Below are positions 63,401 through 64,000 of a stretch of 64,000 nt of DNA, one piece after another. Location of the stretch: positions 4,619 through 68,618 of the forward strand of contig DASYYT010000092.1 in NCBI GenBank assembly GCA_035949755.1. Direction: 5' to 3'. How positions within the stretch are numbered: position 1 is the stretch's first letter; every line of letters begins with the position of its first letter. The DNA comes from Candidatus Sulfotelmatobacter sp. (GTDB lineage: Bacteria > Acidobacteriota > Terriglobia > Terriglobales > Acidobacteriaceae). Made by a program: the position numbers and the translations under genes. Under the pieces are notes generated by a model. The model was not told the DNA's origin and did not search any database. It saw only the letters and a list, made by a program, of their open reading frames with translations.

Positions 63401-63998
63401 CGCCCAGTCGGCCTTCGACGCCGACTTCGCGGGCCACGGTCGTTACCTGGTCTGCAAAAGTTGCGAGCGTTCCGGTCATGTTGTTGATAGTTTCCGCCAG
63501 GGCAGCGACTTCGCCCTTTGCGTTCACCGTGAGTTTCTGCGTGAGGTCGCCATTCGCGACAGCGGTCACAACTTTGACGATACCTCTCACCTGCTCGGTG
63601 AGATTGACCGCCATGACGTTGACATTGTCGGTGAGGTCCTTCCACGTGCCGGCGACACCTGGCACTTCGGCCTGACCGCCAAGTTTTCCGTCGGTGCCGA
63701 CTTCACGGGCCACGCGCGTCACTTCGGCTGCGAACGCGTTGAGCTGGTCCACCATCGTGTTGATGGTGTTCTTGAGTTCGAGAATTTCGCCCTTCACGTC
63801 GACCGTGATCTTGCGCGACAAGTCGCCGCGGGCCACGGCCGTCGTCACTTCCGCGATGTTTCGTACTTGAGCCGTCAGGTTGCCCGCCATGGCATTCACC
63901 GAGTCCGTGAGATCCTTCCACGTACCGGCGACGCCGGGGACGTTCGCCTGCCCGCCCAGCCGGCCTTCCGAGCCGACTTCGCGGGCCACGCGCGTCAC
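60435..63998 (-). CDS. Giant hybrid sensor kinase, 5'-truncated by the window edge: poly-HAMP, GAF, HisKA, HATPase_c, three receivers
   Basis: At least three 92-aa HAMP-type repeats are present. They are followed by a GAF domain ([15 protein letters not shown]), a coiled coil, the H-box [16 protein letters not shown], an ATPase and three REC domains ([23 protein letters not shown]). The ORF is open at the window end. Confidence 0.85.
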   Translation of the reverse strand: MTRVAREVGSEGRLGGQANVPGVAGTWKDLTDSVNAMAGNLTAQVRNIAEVTTAVARGDLSRKITVDVKGEILELKNTINTMVDQLNAFAAEVTRVAREVGTDGKLGGQAEVPGVAGTWKDLTDNVNVMAVNLTEQVRGIVKVVTAVANGDLTQKLTVNAKGEVAALAETINNMTGTLATFADQVTTVAREVGVEGRLGGQANVPGAAGTWKDLTGNVNLLADNLTNQVRAIAEVATAVTKGDLTRSIQVEASGEVAELKDNINTMIDNLRLTTDRNTEQDWLKTNLARFTGMLQGQRDLATVGSMLLSELAPLVNAQQGVIYQMETEESGGMVLLSAFADDGENGHLRRLRIGEGLVGQVAAEKRRMLITDLPDKTVPIRSGLFQSVPRNVIVLPVLFEDRVKAVIELASLGAFTASHLAFLEQLTASIGIVLNSIEATMQTEGLLKQSQQLAAELQTQQKELQQTNEQLAQKAQQLAEQNVEVERKNQEIEQARRALEEKAKELALTSKYKSEFLANMSHELRTPLNSILVLGQQLSENPDHNLTPKQVEFARTIHGAGTDLLNLISDILDLSKIESGTVSVEAEEVFFSNLLEMVARPFRHEAENRKLVFEVQSDPHLTRSLVTDSKRLQQVLKNLLSNAFKFTEHGLVRLSVSVANKGWTEGHPILSGAASVVAFQVADSGIGIAPDKQRIIFEAFQQADASTSRKYGGTGLGLAISRELASLLGGEIQLRSTPGQGSVFTLYLPLTYVGPSAAKLTPSDLRAPAMPLNLSNIVVSERPVEQIADDRRNLQADDSVLLIVEDDPHYARVLCDLARDKGFKVLVALRGAEALSLAREFHPTAISLDVFLPDMLGWTVLNHLKQDPATRHIPVQMLTLDEDRHHGLARGAFAFVTKPTRPEELEAALSRIKEYAAPRRKRLLIVEDNPAEQLSVRELLGYDDIDVIVAATGAEGLEMVSKDSFDCVVLDLRLPDMSGFDILERLRDIPKAADLPVVVFTGKELSPEEDARLHTLARSVVVKGVESPERLLDETALFLHRVVADLPPEKQKMLDRLHRSDEALVGKKVLVVDDDMRNIFALSSVLERRGMAVLTAGTGREAISMLESTPDVAIVLMDIMMPEMDGYATMQVIRQNPSFRRLPIIALTAKAMKGDREKCLEAGASEYLAKPVNTEQLLSALRMWLHR
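63171..63998. repeat. Tandem 276-bp coding repeats (HAMP units) continuing past the window edge
   Basis: The protein units begin VT(R/T)VAREVG at residues 1, 93 and 185 of the visible ORF. Confidence 0.8.
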
Positions 63999-64000
63999 TT

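Noticed and set aside
1-64000. Search by eye for tRNA, rRNA, tmRNA, RNase P RNA, riboswitches, transposases, integrases, phage genes and toxin-antitoxin pairs.
   Set aside because: I recognised none in the intergenic regions or ORF translations. A proper tRNAscan-SE, Infernal/Rfam and ISfinder run would be needed to be certain.

Overview
This is a GC-rich, densely packed bacterial chromosomal window with about 50 protein genes. Ser/Thr kinases fused to TolB-like propellers, a PEP-CTERM protein, an NHL-repeat protein and many sensor kinases suggest Acidobacteriota (Terriglobia-like). That placement is inference from the translations, not a search result.

Most of the window is core housekeeping:
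- An LPS-transport/sigma-54 cluster: a giant LptC/LptA-like protein, lptB, rpoN, hpf, then rapZ and an msbA-like gene.
- yicC-gmk-rpoZ-coaBC, a family-4 UDG, priA, an M50 protease, HU/IHF and dcd.
- alaS, recX, pilT and ilvE.

Accessory-looking genes include two tandem secreted paralogues of unknown function, creatininase-like and VIT1-like genes, a GH127-like enzyme, an MFS transporter, a Rieske oxygenase, two tandem kinase-propeller genes, an HxlR/DoxX/DinB stress cluster, a LysM-glycosidase-like protein, an orphan ClpB-D2-like AAA+, an M48 peptidase and an amidohydrolase.

I recognised no rRNA, tRNA, CRISPR, transposase, integrase or phage genes. I could not identify a clear-cut new multi-gene defence or mobile system.

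The signals I consider most worth a second look are:
1. A family of AT-rich intergenic elements built from tandem 8-nt words. Four of them form long imperfect hairpins that fill spacers inside conserved operons and end at start codons or SD sites.
2. An orphan membrane redox module (tetrahaem cytochrome c, NrfC-like, NrfD-like, then DUF2339) next to two translationally coupled sensor kinases.
3. Atypical versions of core proteins: a 797-aa LptC/A-like protein, an AlaRS with a ~130-aa insertion and a coupled STAS-like gene, an Hfq-like protein with an RD/RE-rich N-terminus, and RpoN with a low-complexity insert.
4. A secreted 11-mer-repeat (LEA-like) protein, REP-like elements bracketing udg, and candidate sigma-54 promoters at surface-protein genes.

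All family calls are from motifs read in the ORF translations. None is a database result.
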